Positions 1 through 12,967 of a stretch of 64,000 bases of DNA are shown here, piece after piece. The stretch spans positions 186,001-250,000 of the forward strand of contig CM074804.1 of assembly GCA_037447605.1 (NCBI GenBank), read 5' to 3'. The notes under the pieces were generated by a model. It was not told the origin of the DNA. It did no database searches and was given only the letters and a program-made list of their open reading frames with translations. A program made the position numbers and the translations under genes. Every line of letters starts with the position of its first letter. Positions within the stretch are counted from its first letter, which is position 1. The DNA is from Zygnema circumcarinatum SAG 698-1b. Lineage: Eukaryota; Plantae; Zygnematophyceae.

Positions 1-3000
1 TGCCCCCTACTGTGAGGGAGAGAGCCTCTGCTTTGAAGGCATGGCCGCCCTCTGCGTCCTTGTCAGGGAGCTCCTCGGGCTTTCGAGGGCTAGAGCAGGA
101 CGCATATTTTCTCGCAGCCAAAAAGAGGAGGAGCAGAAGTTCCAGCAGTAGAAGCCGCCGTGAAGTCACCGTGACGGCCATGGCCGCCGACTTCTACTCT
201 ACGCTTGGAGTGCAGAAGTCGGCCAGCAAGCAGGACATTAAGAGTGCGTATAGACGTTTGGCTCGCCAGGTGAACTGAACTAACTTGCTCCGCAGCATGC
301 TTGAACTCCCCTCCCCTCCCNNNNNNNNNNACTCCCCTCCCCTCCCCTCCCCTCCCCTCCCCTCCCCTCCCCTCCCCTCCAATGAATTTGTGGCAGCCAC
401 GTGGTAGACCCATGAATTTTGATGACGTAATTAGTGATGTTTTGACGAGCTATTTTGCTGCTCTCCTCTATGGAATTATTCGCATTTGCAGTTTCATCCA
501 GATGTGAATAAGGAGCCGGGTGCGGAGGACAAGTTTAAAGAAATCAGCAATGCCTATGAGGTACAGTTCCTTTTAATCATCAAAACATTCGAATCTCTGC
601 GTCCATTGATTTCAAATTTTAAATTTTACAAGTAATTACACGTCCATTGGTTTCCTATTTATTTTTCATTTTTTGTTGTCAGTTTCCCATCTTTTGGCAC
701 AGTCTCTCTTCGTCCAAAGAGTTTTTGGGACTGCAAGATTCAATGGGAAAAAATACGGCTTCCTGCTGTTGCTGCTATTTTTTGGGTATTGTGAGCTTAC
801 TAGGTTTTTTCATCAGTGGATGCTTCTAGATACAATCCTTGAACTTTCTGGATGATTTTTGGAATGCAGGTATTATCAGACGATGAGAAGAGGTCACTTT
901 ACGACCGCTTTGGAGAAGAGGGAGTGAAATCAGGCGGAATGGGAGGGGGTCAGGGACAGGCCTACACGGTAAAGGATGGATGTGATTTGCAGTTATTTTC
1001 TTTAAATAGTAACCTCTTGTAGCTATTCATGTACTCTTGTTTTTGCTTCCTGTCTTTCTGATTCCTACAATTTTATGCTGTTTTTATGATTTTCACGTTG
1101 CTTTCTGCTTGTTGTAGGCCTCACACTTATGGCTGTCTGTATAGGGGCGAGAGCAAATGTCCTGGTTCCTTGCTGTGCTTACATTCGACAGTTTTTTGCT
1201 CTCTTTTCTGGCAGACAAATCCATTTGACTTATTTGAATCAATTTTTGGAGCGTCCATGGGAACAATGGGAGGAAGGGGAGGCATGGGGGGCATGGGCTC
1301 TGGGACCAAGAGGAGAGGACCAATGGAAGGCCAGAGTGTAAGGTTAGTGAGAATATATTGGCTCTATCCCACTCCCCTCCACGTCACTCTCTCTCCATCT
1401 CTCCCGTCCTCTGGTATGTACCATCACAATCTGTATGATCGTCCTGAAGTCCTTAAACATAGTGAATGGTATACAGAACACAAGAGTAATGCTGGGCATA
1501 TCTCGGAGATCTGTGTGCAGGATGGACTTAACTCTCGACCTGATGGAGGCGGTTTTTGGGGTCGAAAAAACGCTCGAAGTTCAGCGACTTGAGTCTTGCC
1601 AACAGTGCTTTGGTTCGGGATCAAAGTCCGGAACAAGCCCCAAAAAGTGTCCTTCATGCGGAGGAATGGGACAAGTGATGCGGGTTCAGCAAACAGCATT
1701 TGGAACTTTCTCGCAGGCATGGAGTCTTTTCGCAGAACTGCTTTCCCCTTCCTTTTGCGGCTTTTGGTGGTTGACATCTTTATTGGTATTATCATATCAA
1801 AGCCAAAAGTTTGTATTTTCTTTTTAACCAAAAGGTTGTACTAACCGAACGCCTGGATTGTAAGGATTTGGAGCTTTGTGGTTTTTGGAATTTCACATCC
1901 GTTATGGGGCCGGCACAGGTGACGATATGTGGTGAGTGTCAAGGGCAAGGAGAGATCATCTCCGAATTTTGCAGAAGATGTGGGGGGGAGGGGCGTGTGA
2001 GAGCAAAGAAAAATGTGATTATTCGGATTCCGGCCGGAGTGGACAAGGGCCAGATCATGCAAGTCAGAGGCGAGGGAGATGCGGGATTGAGGGGGTAAGC
2101 TATCCAGCGCAAGATTAGGGTTGATATCCTCTCCCTCCCTCTCTTCTCTTCTCTCTCCTTGGCGCTCTGCTTCTTTCATAAGCCATAGGCCGGCCCGGAC
2201 ATTGAGGACATTTGTCGATTATTGTTTGAGTTGTTGTGTAAAACAAGAGAGCCTTTACACCTTGACTGGTGGAAGTACTTCTAACCTTGATTGAATGATT
2301 CATGTTGTGTTGTTGCAGAGGACCGTCCGGAAACTTGCAAGTGCTTATCTCAGTGAAAGAAAATGCGGATATCAAGCGGGATGGAATTAATCTTCAATCC
2401 AGAATCGTGGTGGATTATACTGACGCTATCCTGGGAACAGTTGTTAAGGTGGGATTTATAACTTTGTTCTTTCACCTAAGAATTGTCTCCACTATTCATA
2501 ACAATGAGCATTGGAACCCATATTCCAAAACCGCCAACCCTATAACTCCACATTTCTGAAGCCTTGCTTTAAAGTGGTACTGGGAATCAACGAACCTCAT
2601 CCTTGAAGATAGAAGCAATAAGGTGTTTTGAGCTGCACATGGACACCATGATGTCATGTTCGGGCTTTGTAAGAACTATACCTCGAACTCTTGTTTCTAT
2701 CGGCTTGCTCCTCATGTTGTGTACTAGTTACAAGGTTTCGAACTACTAAGAGATGGTTTTTAAAGCTAAATGTTCAATCTTTCACCCGATTAACAATGAT
2801 TCAGTCAATGAGTCTAAAAAGTTGGATGTGACGACGTTCAGGTGAGAACGGTGGAGGGCATGATGGACCTGCAAGTGCCAGCTGGCACGCAACCGAGTGA
2901 TGTGCTTGTCTTGAATAAGTTAGGAGTTCCAAGGATGGATAAGCCGAGTTTGCGGGGAGACCACTTTTTCGAGGTGAAAGTCAGCATTCCTTCCAAAATC

Positions 3001-4360
3001 AGGTAAAAATTGAGTGTTGTTTTGTTTAAAAACATGATTTACTTTAGGGTGGGCCGTTTCACGCGTGTTTAGAAGATTCATGGGTTAATTTTTCAGGTTT
3101 GGAGGGTGTATTTACCATGTTCAGTTGTTTCATTGACGGTGATAGGTGAGTGTTAGGTTTATTACGACCAAAACTTTACTGAGTTTATTGTACAGTCCTT
3201 GAATTTGGACAGTAGCTTCGTGCTACGGAACAGAGTTGAATACAACACGCCTTCTTGTAAGACAGGAGGTGCCGAGGAGTCCTTTTTTCTCTATGAGGGC
3301 AGTACTGAGTTTTGATCATATCTCACTTTCTCCCCCTCCCTTTCCTACCCTCTCTCTGTCTCTGCAGCGATGCTGAGCGAGAGTTGGTGGAGACGCTGGC
3401 TAGCTTACAAAAGGCAGGACGGTCAAAGACTGGAATTCGGAATCCATTCCGAAGTCGTACGTTTCGAATGGCCTCTTATCCTCCTTGTTTCATTGCAAAT
3501 TTGAAGTCGACTTGGCTTTATGAATTCTGAAACTTGAATCATTGTTGTTCATCCCTAACGCCAATACTTTGTGAGCCCCTGTTCCCTTTATTTTGTAGTC
3601 ATTTCTTCTTGAATTGCTTTAAAGTGTGGGAGGGGGAATTCTTTTGCTAGGGACATCAGAAAAGCAGACGGAGAGCAGTAATGGGACCTCGAGAGAGTCC
3701 ACTGCATCGACAGCAGAGAGGGGTGATGAGCGGATGGGAGAAGGTGAATCTGATGAAGGCCTACTTGGAGCTGTGAAGAACCTTGCCAGGTATTGTCTAT
3801 TCTTATATTCCTATCACTTGAAGTGCCCTAATGTCTGCTTTAATCATCAGATATTACACTGTATTTGAAGGGCCCTGCTCTGCGGAGCTCTGGACATCAG
3901 TGAGGGTGACCTGCAGAGCATATTGAGGGGGGGGCGAGGATGAGGTCTCAAGCCATGTGAACACCCCTCAAAGCTTGTGCAAGGAGAATCGGTACATCGC
4001 AGAAGGCTATGTCTGCCTGAAATGAATACAATGCCAGCCCTCAGCAGGCATAAACTCTGCCTGCAGAGTCGTCGAATGCTGAGGTGGCGATTCTCCTTGC
4101 ACAAGCTCTGACGAACTGTTTACATGCGGGTGGGACGGGGACGGGAGCGGGATTGCTGCACATGGAACAGGGAAAAGGGCGGCCTTGCAGGCTCTGTTGG
4201 GCTCAAGAGTCCTCCGGGGGGCAGCAGAAGCTCTGCCGTAGTCTGGCAGACTGCTGCCTTTCTGGGAGTCTTCCTTTTTGGAGTCCTTTTAGGGCCACGG
4301 ATATGGAAGTTTGCAGTGAAAGCGATCGCGTGGGTGCAGAAGTTATCATGGAAGGTGTAG
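1..4360 (+). CDS. Chloroplast-type DnaJ (type A Hsp40) chaperone, multi-exon, 5' end outside window
   Basis: Spliced exons give a J-domain ([27 protein letters not shown]|[23 protein letters not shown]|[15 protein letters not shown]), a G/F region, CxxCxGxG zinc fingers ([32 protein letters not shown]) and C-terminal domains ([17 protein letters not shown]). Transit-peptide-like N-terminus is open to the window edge. A C-terminal extension with a hydrophobic stretch ends KLSWKV* at ~4360. Confidence 0.93.
305..380. repeat. (CCCCT)n pentanucleotide repeat in DnaJ intron 1, containing a 10-N assembly gap (321-330)
   Basis: Directly visible. Confidence 0.95.
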
Positions 4361-5904
4361 CCTGTGTTGGGCCTTCGATACATGTAGACATTCATATTAG
4401 CGCACCCAATAAGCTATAGAGCATGGAAACCCGTAGACCGTAGGGTTAGGCTTTGGGTCTGACTAGGGCACATGATTAGGAGGGAGAAGGGCGATCTGCT
4501 GATTGGTTTCGTCACTGAATAAGCGTCTGACTTCGTCAGCCCTTTTCCCTCTCCCCGCTCTCTGTCTCTACCTCCACATCTGCTCAGTATCTCTCTCTGT
4601 CTCTACCTCCACATCTGCTCAGCATCTCTCTCTGTGCCTCCCTCTCCACCTCTCTCTACATATCTTCCATCATCCCTCTCTCTCGCGCGGTCCATGTGTC
4701 CTCCCATCTTCCTTACCACCTCCTTCTGCCATGTATTGCGGGACAGTGCTGCTGCCTCTGGAGCCATCCAATGGCTTAGAAGGAAGCTCTGAGATCAGAC
4801 GCTTGTGGAGGCATGGAGGTACAAGAGAAGACCAATCGACACGGTAGCTGGCTCTCTCGTTCCAATCCTTCCTTCAACGGGAACCACTGCATGTTGCAGC
4901 AAGTTTTCATGCTCAATGCTGGCTTCAATCTGTATTTTTGTGCATCATCACGCTATGTATGTAGCCGGCGTCAGTATGTGTACGGAAGAGCTGTAGCTCT
5001 CATTCTTTTTGGTATGTGCAAGCAGAAAGGGCCATTTAGAAGATAGGGGTAGAAGGCAGTTAGGATTTGTGAGGTTGCAGGTTAATTGAGCCTTAGGTCT
5101 CCTTTCACTCTCTTTTTTTCTCGCTCTCGCTCTTTCTTGTCAGTGTAGAACTTGAGCATGAAGTTGGCCCTTTATTTGTTGCCTTCCCTGTCTCATTTAA
5201 ATGACATTTTTGTCCTTTATCTGTATCTTGGAATGCCTATGTGCGTCATCGTGTCTTCAAGTCACCGCAAGGTCCGAGAATTGTCATCCTTGAGAACCCA
5301 GAACTCTACGAACTTTGAGCCTTAAACCCTTATATTCTAACTCCTAACCTTTAACTCTAAACCTACTCTAAGGAAGTTGTGGCATTGATCTAACAATGGC
5401 GATGTCATCAAATGTACATGGGAAAAATTATCACGGGGAATTACGAAAGAAGAAGTACAAATTCAAGGCAAACTTTTTATATTTTTTTTATTACTTTTTC
5501 TCATGCCTGCCCTTCTTGAAAGATGCCTTCGGACGGGACGGACGGGATGAACGGAGGGATTAATAAATCTAGTTTGACGAAGAACGACATTACACACACA
5601 CACACATACACACGCACGCTCTCATTTCTGGCCTTCATCTGTACATCTTCCTTTCGACACGTTGACAATGGAATGAGTACATCAGTTCCACAGACAACAG
5701 CTTCCTGCTGGCGGCGGGAGAGATTCATAACCAATTCAAGCGAATAGTTTTCATTTTCTATTTTCCATTTTCCATTTTCCACCCTCCTCCCCTCCCCTCC
5801 CCCTCCCCTTCCCCCCCTCCTCCCCCTCCTCCCCCTCCTCCTCCCACATGAACCGTGAGCCTCCCAGGGCCCCAAAAGTTGGATCTTGAAGCCCGAGGGG
5901 GTTG

Positions 5905-8900
5905 TCACCTGAACCGAAGCTGCCTTTCAAGCTCCTCCACTCCCATCATCTGAGACGCCGCTACTCGCTGGCTCAAGCCCTTGGAGGGCTCCCTACCCCA
6001 CCCTGCTTCTGAAACTAGCCACTGGTGAAACCCTGCATCCGAGGCCTTTTCAGCACTGAAGGAAGGAGCGAGTCCCTGCACCTGGGAACTGCCCGGAATT
6101 TGAGCCTGCGAGGCAAATGGATGAATAGGAATGTCCGGGCCAAAGTGATGTAATGGCATGCTGGCATGAAAGGAGCTGCTTGGAGGCAGACCCTGCATCA
6201 TCCCCTGTGGGGTGTGAGCCCCCATGAAGTGGGTCGCATGAGATGGGTGAAGGGGGTTAGGGAAGGCTGGGCCAGCGAGATGTGGGGGCAGATGATGAGA
6301 GAGGAGGGGGAAGGGCAAGTGGCCCTGACTGTGCTGCTGCTGCTGCTGCTGCTGCTGAAGAGCCCTATTGAGAGGGGGGAGCAGCGACTCCTCAGGCGCG
6401 TTCCTATGGAACTGTGGGAGCTGATGGTATTGATGCGCTAAAGGAGGATGCCGGTCGAGAGATAAGCCGAGGGTGCCCTGCCGGAGCATATCAAGAGGAG
6501 AGGGTCCTTGAAAGGGGACAGTTGGCAGCGTCGATGTGGTGGCAACATGTTCTCCATGGCGTGCGTGAAAGAATGCCTCTACTCCTTGACTCTCGGGATG
6601 GCGGGAGGCAGCCATGTATTCTGCTGCTTGCTGGCTCGACTTTAAGGGCGGACCGGTGGGAACTCCTGCCAGAAAAGACGGCCACCCTCGTATAGCAGGA
6701 GAAGGTTGGGCGGCATTGAAAAAAGGTAAAATCCTTTCCCCTTCTTCTCCTTCTTCCTCCATCTGCTTTGGTCTAGACATGCTTGCTGCTTCAACTCCCT
6801 CAAGGGAAGCATTCTCTCTGCCGTTTGATGGCTTACTGGTCATGCTTAAACTCTTCATTGATGTTTCCAAAGTTCCTAACTTGGCAGAGTCAGCGGTAGT
6901 GTCTGCCGCAGACCATTCACCACTTCCGCCTTCTGGGTTCATATTGAAAGCTCCATTCACAAAAGCTTCAGATGGTGGAGATACATTCCTCTTCTCTGGT
7001 CCATTCTGCATGTGATCCTCCATTTTCTGGCTGCCTTCTTCTGGGAATATCATCCCTATTCCAGGTGGCCTATCCCAACTGCTCTTATTGTCGCTCTCTA
7101 CCCCCTCCTCCTCTCTTCTCTGCAGGCCTCCTTCCGACCTTTTGGAGGCTTCTCCGCCTGCGGCTGCATTCAACGCTCCTTTCACAACCTCATGTAAGAA
7201 CTCGAGCACCAAAAAGTCAACAAGTAACAGTGCAGTTAGCCTGGAAAAGAGGAAATACTCCTGAAGCCTGAAAACATCAGATACCCACAAAATTCTAAAT
7301 TTGAAAGGTCATTCAAATGTATACCTGCTGTAAACAAGCTGGAAGTTGGCTGCAGGGAGGTGCTGCCAATGATGAAAGTTCCCAGATTTCCTCCAAAAGT
7401 TCGATTCGTCTCAGGCCCTCCCTTATGTAACAACGAGAGAAGATGCTGAGAAGCAGACTCCCACGCTCCCTCAGTCAGTCCTTGACCGGGTCCCGCGCTT
7501 CGCTGGGGTATCTCCATTGGCTTTTCCGCAAAAGTATCGTTATTAGCGGCTGACGGAGCAGACTCTGCCTCAGCCAATATGGAGGACTCTATGTCTTCCA
7601 AAGATCTGAATACGATGGGGCCTCCCTCTCTGCTAGAAGGAAGTGCAGGCCCTGAAGTTTTACTTGAGGCAAGGGCAAAAAGGGCACCAATTCCTCCAAT
7701 CAAGGGTTGATTTGGAGGAGGGGGAGTTTGAAGGGGAGGTAGGGACTTCGCCAAGTTATGTGTTGAGTTGTTGTTGTCTGAGACGGCTGCCGGAACGAAA
7801 TTTCCCACATGAAAAGGTGGGGCTTCTCGGGAAATTGAGGAGTTCATGGTTGGCTCTGTTGTTGGGCCTGTCAACGGTCAGAGAGGGGAAGAAAAGAGAG
7901 GAGAAGCGGGGCAAGGGAAAGGAAATGGGGGAAAGAGGAGACAGGAGGGAAGGGAAAAAGAAGTAGAGAGGGTAGGAGGGAGTTAATAGGGATACGAAAG
8001 GTACGGAGATGGCACAGAAGTGGGGGAGAGAAATAAACAACACAGTCTTAGAGTGGACAAAAAAAAATAGAAGAATGCACTCGATTAGCAAGCACAAGCG
8101 TGAACTTTCTTTCCCACTCTCTCTAATCCTTCGTCCCTCACACCCTCACTCACTACCAGCCTTCCTCTTACAAATTCCCTCCCATCAGCTCACCATCTGC
8201 GGAAGGGAACCATCGTGCAAATTTTGATGTCTTCAATTCCGTCTCCCCTCTCACTGCTTGGACTCCTGAAGACTGCAGGCCTCCAAAATCCCACAGCCCA
8301 GCAACAGAAAAATACTCATTGATGATTTCTTAAAGCTGCCCGAAACCCGAAACCCGAATGCCCCAAATCCTATAACCCTAAAAATTTCCTCTGTGCTTTC
8401 AAAACTGGGCTTCACCTCGTCAATGGAGGATAGTTCCAACTGTGACTTGTCGTTGAAGTTCGGGAGAGCCTGCCTTCGAAACAGCCTGTCCAGAAGCGAC
8501 CCGGACTCCTCCTCTCCCTCTGGAAGGGAGTCCATGAAGGGAGGTAGAGCCATGGCCGCTTCATCAGGAATCTCATTCAGGAAAACGGCCGGGCCTTTAG
8601 AGGTGAAGAGGCTCTTCCTGTCTACTCCCGGAAGGGAGGATTCAGCTGCCCTTTCCTTTTCTAAATTGTTTTGAGTATTTGCAGGTTTAACCGTTTCTTG
8701 CACTTTCCCCTCCTCTTCTGCCGTTACCTCAGCTGGTAGAGAGGACTTGGTTGAGACTGTTGTCTCCCCCTCGCGGGAGAGCACCTGCGCACATTGCGAG
8801 GGAGGTTCAGCAGGAAAGAAGGAGAGAAAGGTAAAGGGAGAGGAAAAAAGATGTGGGGAAAGAGGGGCAAGGGAAACCAAACGTCCAAGTAAAGCTTTAT

Positions 8901-11900
8901 GCGCGAACTCAACTTCAACCAATCAAACCACTCCCTCACATCTTTAACCCTGCCATTCCCGACCACCATGTCTACCAACCCATGCAGACATACATACATT
9001 GTCAGAGAACGAATAAGCCACAGTTCAGTCTAACAGTTCCTGGCAAATCTTGCCCTCTACTTGAACCATCATGTAGACCTACAACCCCAAACATAGCGAA
9101 GCTTCAACTACCACAATATTCTTGCCCACATTCCTGGTTCCATGTTCAACCCTAAACCAAAAGTTCCATTGAAACCATCCCTCTGAAAAGCGTTTGCCCA
9201 TCACTCCCATTCATCATGGCAGGGGCAAAAAGGTACAAACCATCTCCTTCGTAACGTCTGACTCTTTCTTTCCAGAAGCTTCCAGAACCTGGGCCTCAAT
9301 AGCAGGCCGCTTAAACCCTGGAGGAGGTTGAGGTGGGGCCCCCCTCCCTTGGACTGCGAATCCGGGGGGGACGATCGGTCTTGCTCCTTGTGTAAGGGGG
9401 ACTGCTGAAGGGGGCGAGTCCGAAGAAAAGGAATCGGGATCCCAAAGACTTTCAATATCATGCTTGCGAGTTTGCATGGAGTTTTCGTCTCCTTCCCGCT
9501 GTTCGCTGTTTCGCTTTAGCTGGGCACGTCGCATAGCCTCAAACTCCTCTGCAAAAGCAGTTTAGGATTGTGGGAATTCAGTGTGCGATAGTTTGAGGGT
9601 TTCAAGTTTTAGGGATTTGGTTTTTAAGATAGAGGCTTTGAGAATTACCCCGCCGTTTGCGCTCTAATTCCATTTGTCGCCTGCTGCTGCTGCTCATCTC
9701 CCCATCGCCAAAAGTTTCCGAATCCCAGTGGTCCTCCTGCAGTGCACGGCACAGCAGGCAGCGATGAGAGAATGCTCCCATTCTGAACGATCTTTGCTTT
9801 CTTCGTCCACCCAACATATGGAGAGGCCTTTAAGAAGAAATCTCTTGATTCCGAAAGGACCTACCGACTGATTAAATAGTTGATATTCAAAGTTTGGCTA
9901 ACTTAGACAACCTAAGAACTAGAACCTTACCTTCCCTCGCGGTGGCTGGTATTTTGATGGAGGGATGGAGCGATCAGCAGTTCGAGGGGGAGACATCAAT
10001 CCTGCCCCTGTATCTCTCCCTCTATCCCTTACACCTCCGCTTGTATTATCATTGATCTCTCCATGGCCCCAACCAGGCCGTAGTGACAAAACGCCATCTG
10101 GAATTCCCGGTCCTGGAGACCCACCACTTGTGGACATTTAATATCTTAAGGTAATTTAGAGTTCAAGATTCAAATTCTAGCAATACCGACCAAAAACAAA
10201 GAATTTGTTTACTGATTGAAACAAAGACAGAGTCGTACAGTATCCATGGATGGTATCTCAAACTCCATTGGCAGTAACATGTAAATAGACTTGTGCTTAA
10301 GTTCCTCAACTGGCCCCAATAAATGAGCCTGAGAAGTTTGTGTTGTAATGAGATTCAACTATCTCTGTCCAAATGCTTTGTCCAATGAAAGTCTTTCAAA
10401 GTTGTAGGCTTGACATCCACTTGCAGTATTCAGGTGTCAGTGAGTGTGAGAGAGGGAGAGAGAGGGCTGAAATGGGCAAACTATGAAGGTGGATATGAGC
10501 TTAGCAACGCAACAGAACAGGTGGCTGTTCCCACTCTCTCCCAGCTTATAGTGATGGTTAGCACCTGCATTGTCTTCTCCCGGGCCACGATATCCCCGAA
10601 TCGGCCTCTCATTCTGTCTACCATCTCGCCTCATATGTTGTCCCTGCGGCCCATAATTCTGCACAGCTCCATACCCGCTTCCTTGCCGTTCTTGGCTAAC
10701 GTTCCGCTGCCCATTTCCGTCCCAACTGCTCGGTCTTGGAGGGTAGCTTGATGACAAAGCATTCGGAGCCATCTCTTCCTCGGGGCCTCTTCGACGATGC
10801 CCAATAAGTGGAGGCTGCCCAGCCGCTGCATTGTTTGAATTCCTCCACGAATCTTTTCGCCATTCTGGGGCATCCTGGGGAGACTTGCTATGTGTAGAAT
10901 CACTGCTGGCACAAATCATTCAATCAGCGATGAAACTCAGAACTATGAGTGGTTCCAGTCGTTTTGCAGATTACATGTCTTTGGCCTCCTCGAAACCCTA
11001 AAAATGCTGCTTGAAGATTTTCAGCTGTTTTACATCCTTTCTAGCTCGCCTAAGACCATATACGGTTAGTCCTGCACCTTCTCTTTGATTCCTCTTTTCC
11101 CTCTTCTCTCCTTTACTCTTGGAGCTTCTCCCGTGAAAGCCATAATTTTGAATATGCTGAACGGATATAATGTTCAGAGTTTCCGAAAATTCAAAACTCA
11201 ACGATACTTCTGACAGATGAGAAAACTGCTCTCTGTCTGTCTACACTATGCTTTCCCTCTCTCCGTTTCCCTCTCACCCCCCCCTCTCCCACTGCCAAAA
11301 GGGAGATAACCTCACCTATCCCAGTCTTTTCGAGGCCCTCTTCCCACAGCTTGAGGTATTGGAATTCCCGCCTCAGAAATTTCCCTGCAGCATGTAACCG
11401 TTTAATTCAAATGAAAGCGTGACTAAATCCTCACGAGCACATCCTTGCTCTCCTACAAGCGAAGCTATACGCATGCTGTTTGACCAATAAGGGCACGCTT
11501 TCCCTTTATTTTTTGTTTCCTTTGTGATGATTGATGTAAATGCTTCAAATAACTGCACATCTTCGCTGCATTTGGAAAGCAAAGAAAAGTAGGGCATGCA
11601 AGTGCGGAGCACTCACCGCAGAATGTTGGGATCGAGATTCTCGGGCTGCTTCTGACACACTTCCAGAGTTGAGAGTGAAAGCAAAAAATCTCGACTATAA
11701 GTCTTCTTCACAGCGGAATGCTCGGTCTTGGAACTGCGAGCACACAATGGGAACGAAAAATGGGAAAACTTTTGAGAAACATGCTGCCGATTTTCTGCTG
11801 TAACTATACCTTCATTTGAGGATGTCAACAGCATCATCCGAAGCCAGCTTCACCTAATTGTATGGGCGTTACAAGTGTGTGTAATTCTGAGAAAGTGAGA

Positions 11901-12059
11901 ACAGAGGTGTGTGTGAGAGAGAGACAGAGAAAGAAAGAGAGAGCCTCTTTCCTGCCCTCACCTTCCTCCTTCTGCTTCAGTTTCGCTACCGCCATGGCCG
12001 TCAGAATCCCCACATTCCTTTGCCGTTTCCTCAGTTGGACGTTCATCGTCTGGCGCCAT
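5905..12059 (-). CDS. CBE1: CBE1-like (Conserved Binding of eIF4E) protein, multi-exon; exact start uncertain
   Basis: N-terminal exon 11620-11732 encodes KKTYSRDFLLSLSTLEVCQK (YxxxxL-phi eIF4E-binding motif in the CBE1/At4g01290 context). Later exons give DSETFG...ELERKRR|EEFEAMRRAQ, SLEDIESSILAE and ASQHLLSLLHKG, which match remembered CBE1 blocks. Ends ELERQLRFR* at 5905. Confidence 0.8.
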
Positions 12060-12626
12060 GACTTCCCGAGCAAGCCCCAATATGTAGCTTTAGCTCTAGC
12101 CCTAGCCCTAACCCTACCCTACCCTATCCCTTCATCGTAGCTCTATTCACACAAAATACTTCCGTCTGCCTTACAAACTGGGTTTGGCAGCTCATTCAAT
12201 TGCCCTCATTCCCACTCCCTCTCCTCTCTCCCTCTCCCTCCACGCCTTTTATCACTGGCCCCTCTTAAGAGAAACCAAAAGCATGATTAATTCATTGATA
12301 AGTCCTCCGTAACCCTAAAAGCAGATAGCCTCCGCCATGGCGAGGCCAAGCCGATGTCCTCCCTCCCTCCCGGCCATGGCTGCGCAGGAACCGTTTCATC
12401 AGGCAAGGAGGGCTGTACGGAGTTGTGCGAGCCGTACAAAAGCTCCAAGGTCTCCGTGCGTACTTGTACGGTTTGTGTACGCCGGTAATATCGGCGTATC
12501 GTGCGGTGTGGTCGATACGTCCATGTATGGTGACATGGAAACACGGTACGGTCTTTTGCCCGTTCTTCTCAATGGTTACTTTTTGAGGTGTGCTTAACAA
12601 TGTTGGCCTCGACCGTGTTTGTGGAA

Positions 12627-12786
12627 GTGTGAATGGTTCATGGGTCACGAGGACTTGCAACAGTGTGCTTGTGGCTTAGGAACAACATCCACGTACTTAC
12701 TGAGTGTGAAAGATTCGTGGGTCACGAGGACTTGCAACAAAGTGCGCTTGTGGTTTAGGAATCGAGAGCATCCACGTACTTACTGA
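12627..12786. repeat. Two-copy ~80 bp tandem duplication between eIF4E stop and CBE1 start
   Basis: gtgtgaa...tgggtcacgaggacttgcaaca...gcttgtgg(c/t)ttaggaa...catccacgtacttactga occurs twice head to tail. Confidence 0.9.
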
Positions 12787-12967
12787 ACTGAATAAACTTA
12801 GCCACGACTCAATAAACACACATCTGATCCTTACCTTGAAATCAGCTTTCTTCATTCACACATTCACACACATTCCCCTGCACTGCACTGCAGGGGAGCG
12901 CGCGGGTCGTGGCCCGACAAAGGCCTCGTCATGCAGCAGCGTGCGGCTAAACTAAGCTGAGGGTGCT

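Noticed and set aside
12627-12786. Tandem box C/D snoRNAs
   Set aside because: CTGA (box D-like) is present, but there is no RTGATGA box C or terminal stem.
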